A DNA stretch of 62,568 nucleotides, counting the filler, from Catajapyx aquilonaris (lineage: Eukaryota), in NCBI GenBank assembly GCA_000934665.2. It is 3 parts of 3 records of this genome, joined end to end, with 100 filler letters (N's around TTAATTAATTAA, not from the genome) between each part and the next. Parts side by side here need not be neighbours in the genome. Positions count along the whole stretch, not along the records: positions 41,786 to 62,568 come from JYFJ02006198.1; 2 more parts are not named here. One strand, 5' to 3'. This document shows, piece by piece, positions 49,475-61,508 of this stretch. The notes under the pieces are model-generated. The model was not told where the DNA came from. It did no database searches and saw only the letters and a program-made list of their open reading frames with translations. Both the position numbers and the translations under genes were made by a program. The stretch's first letter is position 1. The number at the start of each line of letters is the position of its first letter.

Positions 49475-49916
49475 CCTTCCCTTTTGAGACAGTAGCTTCC
49501 CTAGAGACTTTAAAAATCTCCAAACCTGAATGTGTCAAATATTGGTGTATATTCATCTGCTATTTCCTCGTTTACATCAGTTCTGTACTCGTTGGGTTGG
49601 GTTGTCAAATATGGGAGTGCTCGGGTTTGCTTGTAACTCGCGATTTTCAGAAGAAAATAATACAATAAGCGGAAATAGATTTTTGTGACAGAACATTTTT
49701 TATTTAAACTTCATAAAATTTGGGAAAATCAAGTGTTATTTGATTACGATTTAATGAGCCCTGCCAGCGCTACCTCAACCTTTGGGGCCTGTCCAAAAAT
49801 TATTATGGGTCATTTTAAAAGTACTTGCAGATCTCAACGTTTACGGAAGTACTGTCCGCGTAACTTTATTTAGTAACATGTCAGTCACAATTATTGTATG
49901 TGGTGGATGTGTAAGG
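49475..49916. mobile_element. Possible piggyBac-like MITE in the spacer
   Basis: TTAA+CCTTCC left end and GTAAGG+TTTA right end; TIR short and imperfect. Confidence 0.35.
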
Positions 49917-50544
49917 TTTAAAGTGAAGCAAAAAAGCTGAAAGCAGAGCTAAATATTACTTAATTATGCAGAATACATGACCTTTAAGAATGAATGTAGG
50001 TGCAAAAAATTAATTCCTGTTACTGGCAGGTGAAAATAGCCGTAGAGGTTACCTTCATTATGTAACATTGTAACATATGTATTTTGAAGGCAGGTGCTTG
50101 ACAGTGGTTACTGCACCAAATATATTCTGGTGAGGGATAATTATTGCTTTTCCAAAATATCAAGAAAGAGGTTGTCAAAATTTGGTAATCTAAGTTACAA
50201 AAAATAGAGAGAAAAAAACTCACCCGCAAAATTGTGAATCATCCCACTGTATACCTGATGTTCACGACAGTGATTCCAGCTGGGATGTACTGTATAGCCG
50301 GGATTTTCGTGATAAGTCTCCCATGGACAAGTTGCATGTGTTGTTATCATAAAATTATTACCACCATAATGCAGGTGGACTCAATTCAATCTTCAGGCTA
50401 TACAAGTACACCTGGCGAATGTGATAGTATGCAGAATCCGGTGCAGGTGTGTCGAGGTGAAACAAATACGTAATTCATGATTTTATTAATTCACATCATG
50501 CTGTATACAATGCATATTTTACACAGGATATATGGAACATGTCT

Positions 50545-51828
50545 TCAAATGAGTCCAGCGTCGTGTATCTCCTGCACGAGTGATGTCAACCGAGCCTTGT
50601 ATCCCTTGTTTTTGCGCAACTTGGCGGCGGCATCATTTATTCTGTTGGCAAATTCTTCTCCTGCCGAGCCTTCCTTCCCCCCTTTGCTATCCAAGGCGTC
50701 CTCAGGGGCGGACATCATGACGGGCAGTACCAGGCAGCCAAACACTAGCCCGTAGAGGCTGTCTTTGCGGAACTTCTTCTGGAGACGTTCAAATGTGAAT
50801 TCGGGATATTCCAGGCTCATAGAACGAAGAGTGCCGACGAATGTGTCGTGGTATAATTTCAGGATGTCTTGTAGGTGATTGCGACGAGCTTCGACAGTTG
50901 CGCTCGTGTACAAGAACAGGTTCAGGTCCACCGATGGATTGACCACACGAACCACCTGAAAGTCCAGGAGCTTGACAGCCACTGGAACCTCCACATCTCC
51001 TTGCTTTTCGTACTTGAACATCATGTTGTGTAGCCCGAGATCTGAGTGACCTATCAATTCGACACCTTCCGTGTCTTGTACAATATTGTTAAGGGTGTCA
51101 AAGGCTTTTCCATCTATTATTTTCATTTTAGTGGCCAAGCTTGGGTCATAGATTTCCATTGCGTTGATGGCCGTGCGGTAGGAGTTATTCATCATATTTT
51201 GAAACATATCCTTTGTCGTTGTTTGGCCATCGAAAATATCATTCAGATAAGGAAACAAATCCTTCAGAGGCTTACCGGTTCGAGTCTTAAGTGCGTAAGA
51301 CAAGCTGTGTAATTTGGCAACTTCTTTAACGACAAGGCGGCAGTGGTTGTAGTCCAGTCCTCCTGTCTTGTCGCCAATTCTGTATCCCTGCAGAGCAAGA
51401 TTTTCAAACACCAGGCAGGTTGGATGTTTCAGAGAGGAGTAAAATCCGGGGGCCTCCACCACTACAGGGTCCTTCACCCCGTATTCACGCTGCACATCTA
51501 CCAAAGCAGGAAGCATCTCGGTGTACACCCTAATTTCCTTCACAAAAATGTCGGACTCTTTCAAGAGATCGTGAAATACGTTGTCAAACGGTGCCTCTTT
51601 TATAATGAAGTTGAATGTCTTGGTCTCCTGGCTGCCTCCAACCTTGGCTTCAACGTCGACTGCGAGAATGGAGCTGGTGAAGTTATGCCCTTTTGGTATG
51701 GCTGACTTGGAGGTGAAGCCAACGATGTCGACGTCATCTTCCCCGCTGGCCTCCTTGATGGAATCCTTCAGGAGCTCTTCGGTTATTCTGGTTGGTGGTG
51801 TTGCATCGCCATTGCTTTGGTCACCCAT
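50545..51828 (-). CDS. EcKL copy 5 (427 aa)
   Basis: ATG chosen by alignment with paralogs; HSDLGLHN, LLDFQ. Confidence 0.93.
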   Translation of the reverse strand: MGDQSNGDATPPTRITEELLKDSIKEASGEDDVDIVGFTSKSAIPKGHNFTSSILAVDVEAKVGGSQETKTFNFIIKEAPFDNVFHDLLKESDIFVKEIRVYTEMLPALVDVQREYGVKDPVVVEAPGFYSSLKHPTCLVFENLALQGYRIGDKTGGLDYNHCRLVVKEVAKLHSLSYALKTRTGKPLKDLFPYLNDIFDGQTTTKDMFQNMMNNSYRTAINAMEIYDPSLATKMKIIDGKAFDTLNNIVQDTEGVELIGHSDLGLHNMMFKYEKQGDVEVPVAVKLLDFQVVRVVNPSVDLNLFLYTSATVEARRNHLQDILKLYHDTFVGTLRSMSLEYPEFTFERLQKKFRKDSLYGLVFGCLVLPVMMSAPEDALDSKGGKEGSAGEEFANRINDAAAKLRKNKGYKARLTSLVQEIHDAGLI

Positions 51829-53161
51829 CGTCTGACTTCTGCGCAAGAATTAGAATGGGATGATATTTACTTATAAATCCTTATAGCGAAGATGAAGTAC
51901 CGCGCACAATGCAAAAATTTGCTTTTCACTACAGGATTTCTCTTCCAAAATACAAAATATTATACCAGCAGAAGTGGAATTGTCTCTACATTAACCATTA
52001 TTATTTCACTCTTATCTAATATTTTCAGTATCAATCAGGTGAAGTATTATCCGAGCATCTACTGGCCATTACGGTCGATAAACAGAATCTTGCAATAAAA
52101 TTACCAGTATTCCATTCGAATATTTGAGATAGCAAAACTTTTCAGGATTACTATCAGTATAAAGTATTTGGTACTGTAGGCCCACTGGTTGAATAGGCAC
52201 GTAATTATATCACTGAGGAAATGATGCGCTTACGGTATATTAAAAAAATTGTTCATTACAGAGTGCCCTAGATTGCAACCATTTATGCTACTTTCGCATT
52301 GTGCTAGTGTAATATTGTATACAGAATGTACAGTACCTGTTGATGAGCCCCGTCTAAGTCGTCAGTTCAAGTCACAAAGTGAATTACGACTGAAATGTTT
52401 GCGGGGTAATGATAAAAGGTACGGTACTCCAGAGTTTCAAGGTTTTACAAGAATTATGCAATGGTTCAGCATGTGTTGAGATACCTATTGGGCTTACGTC
52501 ATGATTGCCGTGGTTGAAGTGTGTTCTGCTAGGTTATACAAGTAGAAAATACAGATCTGTGATAATATTTTGTGAGAAGTGTCGCATGTAGACGTTGCAT
52601 TCGACCTTCTAATTGGCATAGATCACTGCATAGATTTTCTAACATAATATCCGAAACTTTAGGCGATTCAAGCAGCACAATAATCGGGGATAATGGATTG
52701 GATAGAATGAAAGCGATGGTATGCAATGTAATGCAATTTTCATGTTGTAATTTTTCAGCAGGTTTACTTAATTACAGGGCATTATCAACTATATAAGCAA
52801 TGATAAATGCTGTCATGTTTGTAACTATCAACACGTGACCTACAGTATAAAGGTTTTTTTGACAACGCTCTCTTTGGTCCATGGCTAACGGGAAAGATGC
52901 AAAAATTGTATTTGCATTTTTTTCTGACATTTTTTTGACATTTATAGTAGCTGTATATCGTATCATGCTATAATCCGTCATGATTATTGTGGACTCAATT
53001 CAAGCATCTATACAAGTACATATACGCCTGGTGGATGCAATAGTATGCAGATTCCGGTGCACTTATGTCGAGGTGAAACAAATACGTAATTACGTGATTT
53101 TATTCATTCACATCATACTGTATACAATACATATTTTATACAGGATATATGAAACATGTCT

Positions 53162-54445
53162 TCAAATGAGTCCAGCGTCGTGTATCTCCTGCACGAGTGA
53201 TGTCAACCGAGCCTTGTAGCCCTTGTTTTTGTGCAATTTGGCGGCTGCTCCACTTATTCTCTCAGCGAACTCTTCTCCTACCGATCCTTCCTTCATTCCC
53301 TCGCTATCCAAGGCGTCCTCAGGGTCTACCATCATGACGGGCAGGACCACGCTGCCAAACACTAGCCCGTAGAGGCTATCCTTGTGGAACTTCTTCTGGA
53401 GACGTTCAAATGTGAATTCGGGATATTCCAAGCCCATGGAGCGTAGGGTCCCGATGAATGTGTCGTGGTATAATTTCAGGAGGTCTTGTAAGTGATTGCG
53501 ACGTGCTTCTACACTCGCGCTTGTGTACAAGAACAGGTTCAGGTCCACTGATGGATTGACCACACGAACTCCCTGGAAGTCCAGGAGCTTGACAGACACT
53601 GGAACCTCCACATCTCCTTGCTTTTCGTACTTGAACATCATGTTGTGCAGCCCGAGGTCGGAGTGACTTATCAACTCGACCCCTTCTGTGTCTTGTACAA
53701 CATCGTACGTGGCTTCAAAAGCTTTTCCGTCTATAATTTTCATTTTAGTGGCCAAGCTTGGGTCAAAGATTTCCATTGCGTTGATGGCCGTGCGGTAGGA
53801 GTTATTCATCATACTTTGAAACATGTCCCTTTCCGATGATTCGCCATGAAAAACGTCGCTCAGATAAGGAAACAATGCCTTCAGGGGCTTGCAGGTTCGA
53901 GTTTTGAGTGCGTAAGACAAGCTGTGCAATTTTCCCACCTCTTTCATTACCAGGCGACAGTGGTTGTAGTCCAGGCCTCCTCTTTTGTCTCCAAGTCTGT
54001 ATCCCTGCAGAGCAAGATTTTCAAACACCAGGCAGGTAATGTGTTTTAGAGAGGAGTAAAATCCAGGGGCCTCCACCACTACAGGGTCCTTCACCCCGTA
54101 TTGACGTTGAACTTCAACCAAAGCAGGAAGCATATCAGTGTACACCTTGATTTCCTTTCTGAATATGTCTGACTCCTGCACGAGTTTGAGCCATACCTCG
54201 TCAAAGGGAGCCTCCTTTATAATGAAGTTGAATGTCTTCGTCTCTTGACTGCCCCCAACCTTGGCTTCAACGTCGACTGCGAGAATGGAGCTGGTGAAGT
54301 TGTGGCCTTTTGGTATGGCTGACTTGGAGGTGAAGCCGATGATGTCCACGTCTTTTGACCCGGTTGCCTTCTTGACGGAATCCTTCAGGAGATCTTCAGT
54401 TATTCTTGTTGGTGGAATTGCATCGCCATTGCTTTGGTCACCCAT
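53162..54445 (-). CDS. EcKL copy 6 (427 aa)
   Basis: HSDLGLHN, LLDFQ; intact ORF. Confidence 0.93.
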   Translation of the reverse strand: MGDQSNGDAIPPTRITEDLLKDSVKKATGSKDVDIIGFTSKSAIPKGHNFTSSILAVDVEAKVGGSQETKTFNFIIKEAPFDEVWLKLVQESDIFRKEIKVYTDMLPALVEVQRQYGVKDPVVVEAPGFYSSLKHITCLVFENLALQGYRLGDKRGGLDYNHCRLVMKEVGKLHSLSYALKTRTCKPLKALFPYLSDVFHGESSERDMFQSMMNNSYRTAINAMEIFDPSLATKMKIIDGKAFEATYDVVQDTEGVELISHSDLGLHNMMFKYEKQGDVEVPVSVKLLDFQGVRVVNPSVDLNLFLYTSASVEARRNHLQDLLKLYHDTFIGTLRSMGLEYPEFTFERLQKKFHKDSLYGLVFGSVVLPVMMVDPEDALDSEGMKEGSVGEEFAERISGAAAKLHKNKGYKARLTSLVQEIHDAGLI

Positions 54446-55720
54446 CGTCTGACTTCTGCAAGAATTAGAATGGGATGATAATGTTTACTCATAATTCCTC
54501 ATAGCGAAGATGAAGTACAGCGCACAATGGAAAAATTTCCATTTCATTACAGGATTTCGCTTCCAAAATGCAAAGTTCTGCCAGCAGAAGACATGGAATT
54601 GTCTCAGCATTAACCATTATGATTTCACTCTTATCTAATAGATTTATTATCAAACAGGGGAAATATTATCTGGGCCTCTAGTGTCCATTACTGTCGATAC
54701 ACAGAATTTTGCAGTAAAATCACCAGCATTACATTCGAATATTTTAGGAGGCAAAGCTTTTCATGATTAGTATCATATCAGTATTTGGTACTGTACTGAT
54801 TGAATTGGCAGGTAATTATATCACTGAGGAAAATGATGTGCTTACGCTGTATTAAAAAATTTGTTCATTACAGAGTGCCCTAGATTGCAACCATTTATGC
54901 TACTTTTGCATTGTGCTACTATTTTAATATTGTATACAGAATGTACAGTACCTGTTGATGAACTCCGTCTAAGTCGTCAGTTCAATTCACAGAGTGAATT
55001 ACGACTGAAATGCATGCGGTGTAATGATAAAAGGTACGGTACTCCAGAGTTTCAAGGTTTTACAAGAATTATGCAATGGTTCAGCATGTGTTGAGATACC
55101 TATTGTGCTTACGTCATGATTGCCGTGGTTGAAGTGCGTTCTGCTAGGTTATACAAGTAGAAAATACAGCTAGTGTGATAATCAAGGTGATAATATTTGT
55201 GAGAAGTGTCGCATGTAGAAGTTGTATTCGACCTTGTAATTGGCAAAGATCACTACATAGATTTTCTAACATACTATCCGAAACTTTAGGCGATTCAAGC
55301 ATATATTATCGAGGATAATGCTGATTTAGTATGATAGCGATGGTATGCAATCTAATGTAGTTTTCATGCTGTAATATTGGAATATGTTGGTGTGATATGC
55401 TGTTGACATTACGTCATTCTCTCTGTGTGTCTTGCTGGGATGTGCTGTAAGTTACAGCTGGGTTTTTCGTGATAAGTCTCCCATAGGCATGTTACATTCA
55501 ATGTTGTTATCACAAAAGTATTACCACCATAATTTTATCATTGCATTATTATAGGTTTTGTGGACTGAATTCAATCGTACAATAATTATACGCCTGGTGA
55601 ATGTGATAGTATGCAAAATTCGGTGCAGGTATATCAAGATGAAACAAATACGTAATTACGTGAAGTTATTAATTCACGCATCATGCTGTATACAATACAT
55701 ATTTTATACAGGATATTTCT

Positions 55721-57001
55721 TCAAATGAGTCCAACGTCGTGTATCTCCTGCACGAGTGATGTCAACCGAGCCTTGTATCCCTTGTTTTTGTGCAACTTGG
55801 TGGCTGCTCCACTTATTCTCTCGGCGAACTCTTCTCCTACCGATCCTTCCTTCATTCCGTCGCTATCCACGGCGTCCTCAGGATCAACCATCATGATGGG
55901 CAATACCACGGAGCCAAACACTAACCCGAAGAGGCTGTCCTTGTGGAACTTCTTCTGGAGACGTTCAAATGTGAATTCGGGATATTCCAAGCCCATAGAG
56001 CGTAGGGTCCCGATGAATGTGTCATGGTATAATTTCAGGAGGTCTTGCAAGTGATTGCGACGTGCTTCTACACTCGCGCTTGTGTACAAGAACAGGTTCA
56101 GGTCCACTGATGGATTGAGCACACGAACTCCCTGAAAGTCCAAGAGCTTGACAGACACTGGAACCTCCACATCTCCTTGCTTTTCGTACTTGAACATCAT
56201 GTTGTGCAGCCCGAGGTCGGAGTGACTTATCAACTCGACCCCTTCCGTGTCTTTTACAACATCGTGGGTGGTTTCAAAAGCTTTTCCGTCTATAATTTTC
56301 ATTTTGGTGGCCAAGCTTGGGTCAAAGATTTCCATTGCATTGATGGCCGTGTGGTAGGAGTTATTCATCGTCATTTGAAACATGTCCCTTCCCGTTGATT
56401 CATAAAAAACGTCGTTCAGATAAGGAAACAATGCCTTCAGGGGTTTGCCGGTTCGAATTTGGAGGGCGTAAGATAAGCTGTGTAATTTGGCCACCTCTGT
56501 CATTACCAGGCGGCAGTGGTTGTAGTCCAGGCCTCCTCTTTTGTCTCCAATTCTGTATCCCTGCAGAGCAAGATTTTCAAACACCAGGCAAGTAGTGTGT
56601 TTCAGAGAGGAGTAAAATCCTGGGGCCTCCACCACTACAGGGTCCTTCACCCCATATTGACGCTGTACATCTACCAAGGCAGGAAGCATATCAGTGTACA
56701 CCTTGATTTCATTCCGGAATATGTCCCACTCTTTCAAGAGCTTGAGCCACACTTCGTCAAAAGGAGCCTCCTTTATAATGAAGTTGAATGTCTTCGTCTC
56801 CTGGCTGCCTCCAACCTTGGCTTCAACGTCGACTGCGAGAATGGAGCTGTTGAAGTTATGCCCCTTTGGTATAGCTGACTTGGAGGTGAAGCCGATGATG
56901 TCCACGTCTTCTGACCCGGTTGCCTTCTTAACGGAATCCTTCAGGAGATCTTCAGTTATTCTTGTTAGTGGAATTGCATCGCCATTGCTTTGGTCCTCCA
57001 T
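55721..57001 (-). CDS. EcKL copy 7 (426 aa)
   Basis: HSDLGLHN, LLDFQ; intact ORF. Confidence 0.93.
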   Translation of the reverse strand: MEDQSNGDAIPLTRITEDLLKDSVKKATGSEDVDIIGFTSKSAIPKGHNFNSSILAVDVEAKVGGSQETKTFNFIIKEAPFDEVWLKLLKEWDIFRNEIKVYTDMLPALVDVQRQYGVKDPVVVEAPGFYSSLKHTTCLVFENLALQGYRIGDKRGGLDYNHCRLVMTEVAKLHSLSYALQIRTGKPLKALFPYLNDVFYESTGRDMFQMTMNNSYHTAINAMEIFDPSLATKMKIIDGKAFETTHDVVKDTEGVELISHSDLGLHNMMFKYEKQGDVEVPVSVKLLDFQGVRVLNPSVDLNLFLYTSASVEARRNHLQDLLKLYHDTFIGTLRSMGLEYPEFTFERLQKKFHKDSLFGLVFGSVVLPIMMVDPEDAVDSDGMKEGSVGEEFAERISGAATKLHKNKGYKARLTSLVQEIHDVGLI

Positions 57002-57943
57002 TGTTTGACTTCTGCACGAATTAGAATGGGATAATATTTAGGCTACTCATACATCCTCGCAGTGAAGATTAAATTACCACCAACAATGCAAAAAATTTGC
57101 ATTTCATTACAAAGTGGCCTACAAGTTCTGCCAGCAGAAGTGTACTTCTCTCTGCATTAATCATTATGATTTCACTCTTATCTCGATTTTTAGCATCAAA
57201 CAGGTGAAATATCCTCAGGGCCTCCAGTGTCAATATCCAATAGTATATTACGGTCGATGAACAGAATTTTGCAATAAAATCACAATCATTCCATTCGAAT
57301 ATTTTAGATAGCAAAACCTGTCATGATTAGTACTGATCAGTGCGGTACTGTACTGGTTGAATTGGCAGGTAATTATATCAGTGCGGAAATGGGGCGCTTT
57401 TAAAAATTGGCTAATTACAGAATGCCCTAGACTGCAACCATTTATGCTACTTTTGCACTTTACTATTTTAATAATATGATTGTATATGATTGTATACAGC
57501 AAGCCTACCTGTTGGTGAGCACCGTCTGAGTCGTCAGTTCCAGTCACAGAGTGAATCACGACTGAATTGCTTGCGGAGTTTCAAGGTCTTACAAGAATTA
57601 AGCAATCATGTGTTTCGTCATACCTATTGTGATTACGTCATGATTGCAGTGGTTGAAGTGTGTTCTGCTAGGTTATAAAAAAAATACAGCTGTGCTAATA
57701 TTTTGTGAGAAGGACCCCATGTAGACGTTGCATTCGACCTTGTAATTGGCATAGATCACTACATATATTTTCAAACTTAATATCCGAAGCTTTAGGCGAT
57801 TCAAGCAGCACAATAATCGGAGATAATGGATTGTGATTGGACTTATGTGATTACGTCAATGTATTTATTCTCCCCATGATGAATATAACATGTATTGAAA
57901 ATCGGCAGTTAGAAGTGTCCAATGAAATTTTTTCAGTAGTTTC

Positions 57944-59227
57944 TCAAATGAGACCAACATCATGTATCTCCTGCACGAGTGATGTCAGCCGACTCTGATA
58001 CACCTTGTTGTGATGTAATTTGGTGGCTGCGTCGTTTATTCTGTTTGCAAAATCTTCTCCTTCCGCACCTTCCTTCATTCCATCATGTCCTATAGCGTCT
58101 TCAGGAGCCGCTATGAGGACCGGCAATACCAAGCATCCGTAGACCAACCCAAAAATACTATCCTCGTGGAATTTCTTCTGGAGACGTTCAAATGTGAATT
58201 CGGGATATTCCAGGCCCATGGAGCGGAGGGTGCTGACAAATGTGTCGTGGTAGAATTTCAGCAGGTCCTGCATGTGTTTGCGACGGACATCAGGTTTGGC
58301 GCTTGTGTACAAGAACAGGTTCAGGTCCACTGTTGGAGAGGCAACGCGGCACATCTGGAAGTCCAGGAGCTTAACAGCCACTGCAACCTCGACATCACCT
58401 TGCTTTTCGTATTTGAAAAGCATATTGTGGATTCCAAGATCGGCGTGACCTATCAGGTCGATGCCTTCAGTGTTTTTCACAATTTTGTCACAATTTCCAA
58501 ACGCATTCCCGGCTATACTTTTCATTTTAGTGGCCAACTTTGGGTCAAAGATTTCCATCGCATTGATGGCCGTGTCGTACGTGTTATCCAGGACTGTCTG
58601 AAGCATTTGTTTCGCTGTTGGTCCTCCTTCGTAAAATTCTGCCAGATATGGAAACAATTCCTTCAGAGGCTTACCTGTTCGAGTTTTAAGTGCATAAGAC
58701 AAGCTGTGTAATTTAGCCACTTCTTTAATTACCAAGCGGCAGTGGTTGTAGTCCAGGCCTCCTCTTTTGTCTCCAATTATGTATCCCTGCATAGTAAGAT
58801 TTTCAAACACCAGGCAGTTGATATGTTTCAAAGAGGAGTAAAATCCTGGGGCTTCCACTACTACAGGGTCCTTCACCCGGTATTGACGCTGCACATCTAC
58901 CAAAGCAGGAAGCATCTCGGTGTACACCTTGGTTTCCTTTCCGAATATGTCGGGTTCCTTCATGATGTTGAGCCAGTTGTCGTCATGCGGAGCATCCTTT
59001 ATAATGAAATGGAATGTCTTGGTCTCCTGGCTGCCTCCAACCTTGGCTTCAACGTCGACTGCAAGAATGCAACTGGTGAAGTTATGCCCTTTTGGTATGG
59101 CTGACTTGTAGGTGAAGCTGATGATGTCCACTTCTTCGGCCCCGGTGGCCTTCTTCACTGAATCTTTTAGCAGCTCTTTGGTTATTCTGGTTGGTGGTGT
59201 TGCATCGCCATTGCTGTGGTCCGCCAT
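57944..59227 (-). CDS. EcKL copy 8 (427 aa)
   Basis: HADLGIHN, LLDFQ; ATG chosen by alignment with paralogs. Confidence 0.93.
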   Translation of the reverse strand: MADHSNGDATPPTRITKELLKDSVKKATGAEEVDIISFTYKSAIPKGHNFTSCILAVDVEAKVGGSQETKTFHFIIKDAPHDDNWLNIMKEPDIFGKETKVYTEMLPALVDVQRQYRVKDPVVVEAPGFYSSLKHINCLVFENLTMQGYIIGDKRGGLDYNHCRLVIKEVAKLHSLSYALKTRTGKPLKELFPYLAEFYEGGPTAKQMLQTVLDNTYDTAINAMEIFDPKLATKMKSIAGNAFGNCDKIVKNTEGIDLIGHADLGIHNMLFKYEKQGDVEVAVAVKLLDFQMCRVASPTVDLNLFLYTSAKPDVRRKHMQDLLKFYHDTFVSTLRSMGLEYPEFTFERLQKKFHEDSIFGLVYGCLVLPVLIAAPEDAIGHDGMKEGAEGEDFANRINDAATKLHHNKVYQSRLTSLVQEIHDVGLI

Positions 59228-60265
59228 TGTCTGACCTCTGCACACAAAAAAATATTGAGAAGGGTTTATAAATTACTGAATATTTTTAAGGTACTGCAGT
59301 AAAACTACGCAGGATAGTATACTTTGGATGGACGAATGGATTATGTACCGGCAGTCTAATTTACGGTAGAAATGACTAATGTCTTGTACTTACCGTAACA
59401 CCTCTGGTTGAGCACTGTCTGTAAGATGTCTGCTCAAGACACTGGATGAATGAAGAATGTTTTTACTTGGCTGGTATATGCAGGCTAGAGTCTATTGGAG
59501 AAGTTCAAGGTTTCACAAGCATTGCATAAAGACTCTGTTAAAATTACATAATGGATGTGACTATATGAGTGAAGTAGCCTGTATGAAAGATATCCGTCAA
59601 GTGTCCTGCTGGGAAATGCAATACTGGGACAAAGTGACCGGCGATAAATAGAAAGATAAAGTCTGGTGATTAGAACGTTTGCTTTCAACTGTATTGCAAC
59701 TTGTACAATCGTAATTAATTAATTAAACATTTCAAATTGAATTCAAACACTTCAAATCAGCCCAATATCATGCACACTCTGAACAATACCCTTATAGCGG
59801 TCACAAAATTCGGGGTCACTCTTCAGTTTGGCCGCGATTCCGGACCCTCTTCCAGCAAATTCTTCACCCGCCGTGTCTTCACTCATTCCGTCCATTCCAA
59901 AAGCATCCTCGGAAGGAACCATAAAAACTGGCAAAGCTAAGCAGCCGTAGAAGAACCCCAAGAGACTATCCTTGTTGAACTTCTCCAGGAGACGTTCGTA
60001 TGTGAATCCAGGCAATTTAAGTCCCATGGAGGCGAGGACATTGGTGAAAGAATCGTGATAAATTTTCAGAAGGTCATTCACGTGGTTGCGATGAACATCA
60101 GCTTTCATACTAGTGTACATAAACTGCAAGATGTCCACAGTTGGAGACGCTACTTGGACAACTTGCAAATCCAGGATCTTGACCGATACTGGAACTTGGG
60201 CATTTCCACGCTGTTCGTACCTGAACAGCAAATTGTTGACCCCAAAATCGCCGTGGCTTAACAGG

Positions 60266-61508
60266 CAGGGGCGGATTAGCCTTCTTTGCCGCCCTAGGCC
60301 AGTCCTGAAATTGCCGCCCCCGGAAACATCAGGGCAGGCGGGGGGGGGACACGGTGGACTTGCGGTGGACACGGTTTAGGCCAGTGGTTCTTAACCTTTT
60401 CGGCCCTCCGCACCCCTTTGAAGACAGTTGGTCCTCGTCATCGCACCCCCTATACCATGCCAGGGGCGATAGATGACGTTCAAAGATAGACGTAGGCTAC
60501 ACCTTTCTCACAGCCATTGCCAAAATCGCGTATTTAATTAAAATGAGAGTTAATTTAAATGAAATATACTTCAATGAAAGAGTAGAAGTCGGAAATGGCG
60601 GGGAGGAAGCCCGCCGCAGGCGAAAATTTTTCGTTCAAGGTGCTTAGGTGAATGTAACTGACTGGAAGATTTGAATAGGTGTGTCGGGGTGTGTATTTGA
60701 CGAAATTGGTACCGTAGCACTTTTTTCATGGAAGTGGAATTACAGAGTAACATTGGGCTGTACGAAATTATGGTATTTTTTGTGTACCATTATGGTTCAT
60801 TTGGCACGCCCTACTCGTACCCTTAGGGGAGCCACCTCGCATCTCAAACTTTGCCGCATCGGGGCCCCCTAGAAAGTAATTTCAGATTTAGCCCCCCCTC
60901 CCTCCCCAAACCGAATGAGCACGCCGCAGGCGGAATTTTGTTGTTGTTCAAGGTCACACAATCTTAGGTGAATGTAGGCTAATAACTGAAAAAGTACAGT
61001 GGAATCCTCCTATACTGTAAGCACATATATAAGCAAGTAGTAGAAAGACCGATCCCTTCATAAGTTATTTCCAGCAGTGCCAATGTCGTTCAAGCGCAGT
61101 TGAATCAGGATATAACAGACTTGTCTGCTATTATGTGACTGCACAAATCCTTATTCAGAACTGCACATTTGGCTTTTAGAACTGCATGCTACAGTAAGCC
61201 CCGAGAAGTAGTTCTTACCTAATCAGTGCGACTTTTGTCCTGNCCCCCCCCCCCACCGCCAGGGGGGCGCGCCCCACAGTTTGAGAACCGCTGCTTTAGC
61301 CGTCTGCAGCCTGTAACTGTTTTATTATCTGTCTCCAAAAGCTGTCTGACTGGCTCGAAAATACGTGCTAATATAATATGAATAATAATACTGCGTTGCT
61401 TAATATATTAATATAATATTGCATTTTTTAAACTTGCCTGTTGCCGCTCTTCAAAATATGCCGCCCTAGGCCATGGCCTAGTGTGGCCTTACGGGTAATC
61501 CGCCCCTG
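60266..61508. mobile_element. hAT-type non-autonomous element
   Basis: TIR CAGGGGCGGATTA, perfect 8-bp TSD TTAACAGG (60258-60265, 61509-61516), subterminal GCCGCCCTAGGCC. Confidence 0.9.
60382..61293. mobile_element. Charlie/Buster-type hAT MITE nested in the above
   Basis: TIR CAGTGGTTCTTAA / TTGAGAACCGCTG; flanks GTTTAGGC and CTTTAGCC (NNNTANNN pattern, 6/8 match). Confidence 0.7.

Noticed and set aside
43666..59111. Recurrent plus-strand ORFs (MVVVQ..., MASTSTARM...)
   Set aside because: Antisense shadows of the EcKL CDSs, repeated because the genes are duplicated.
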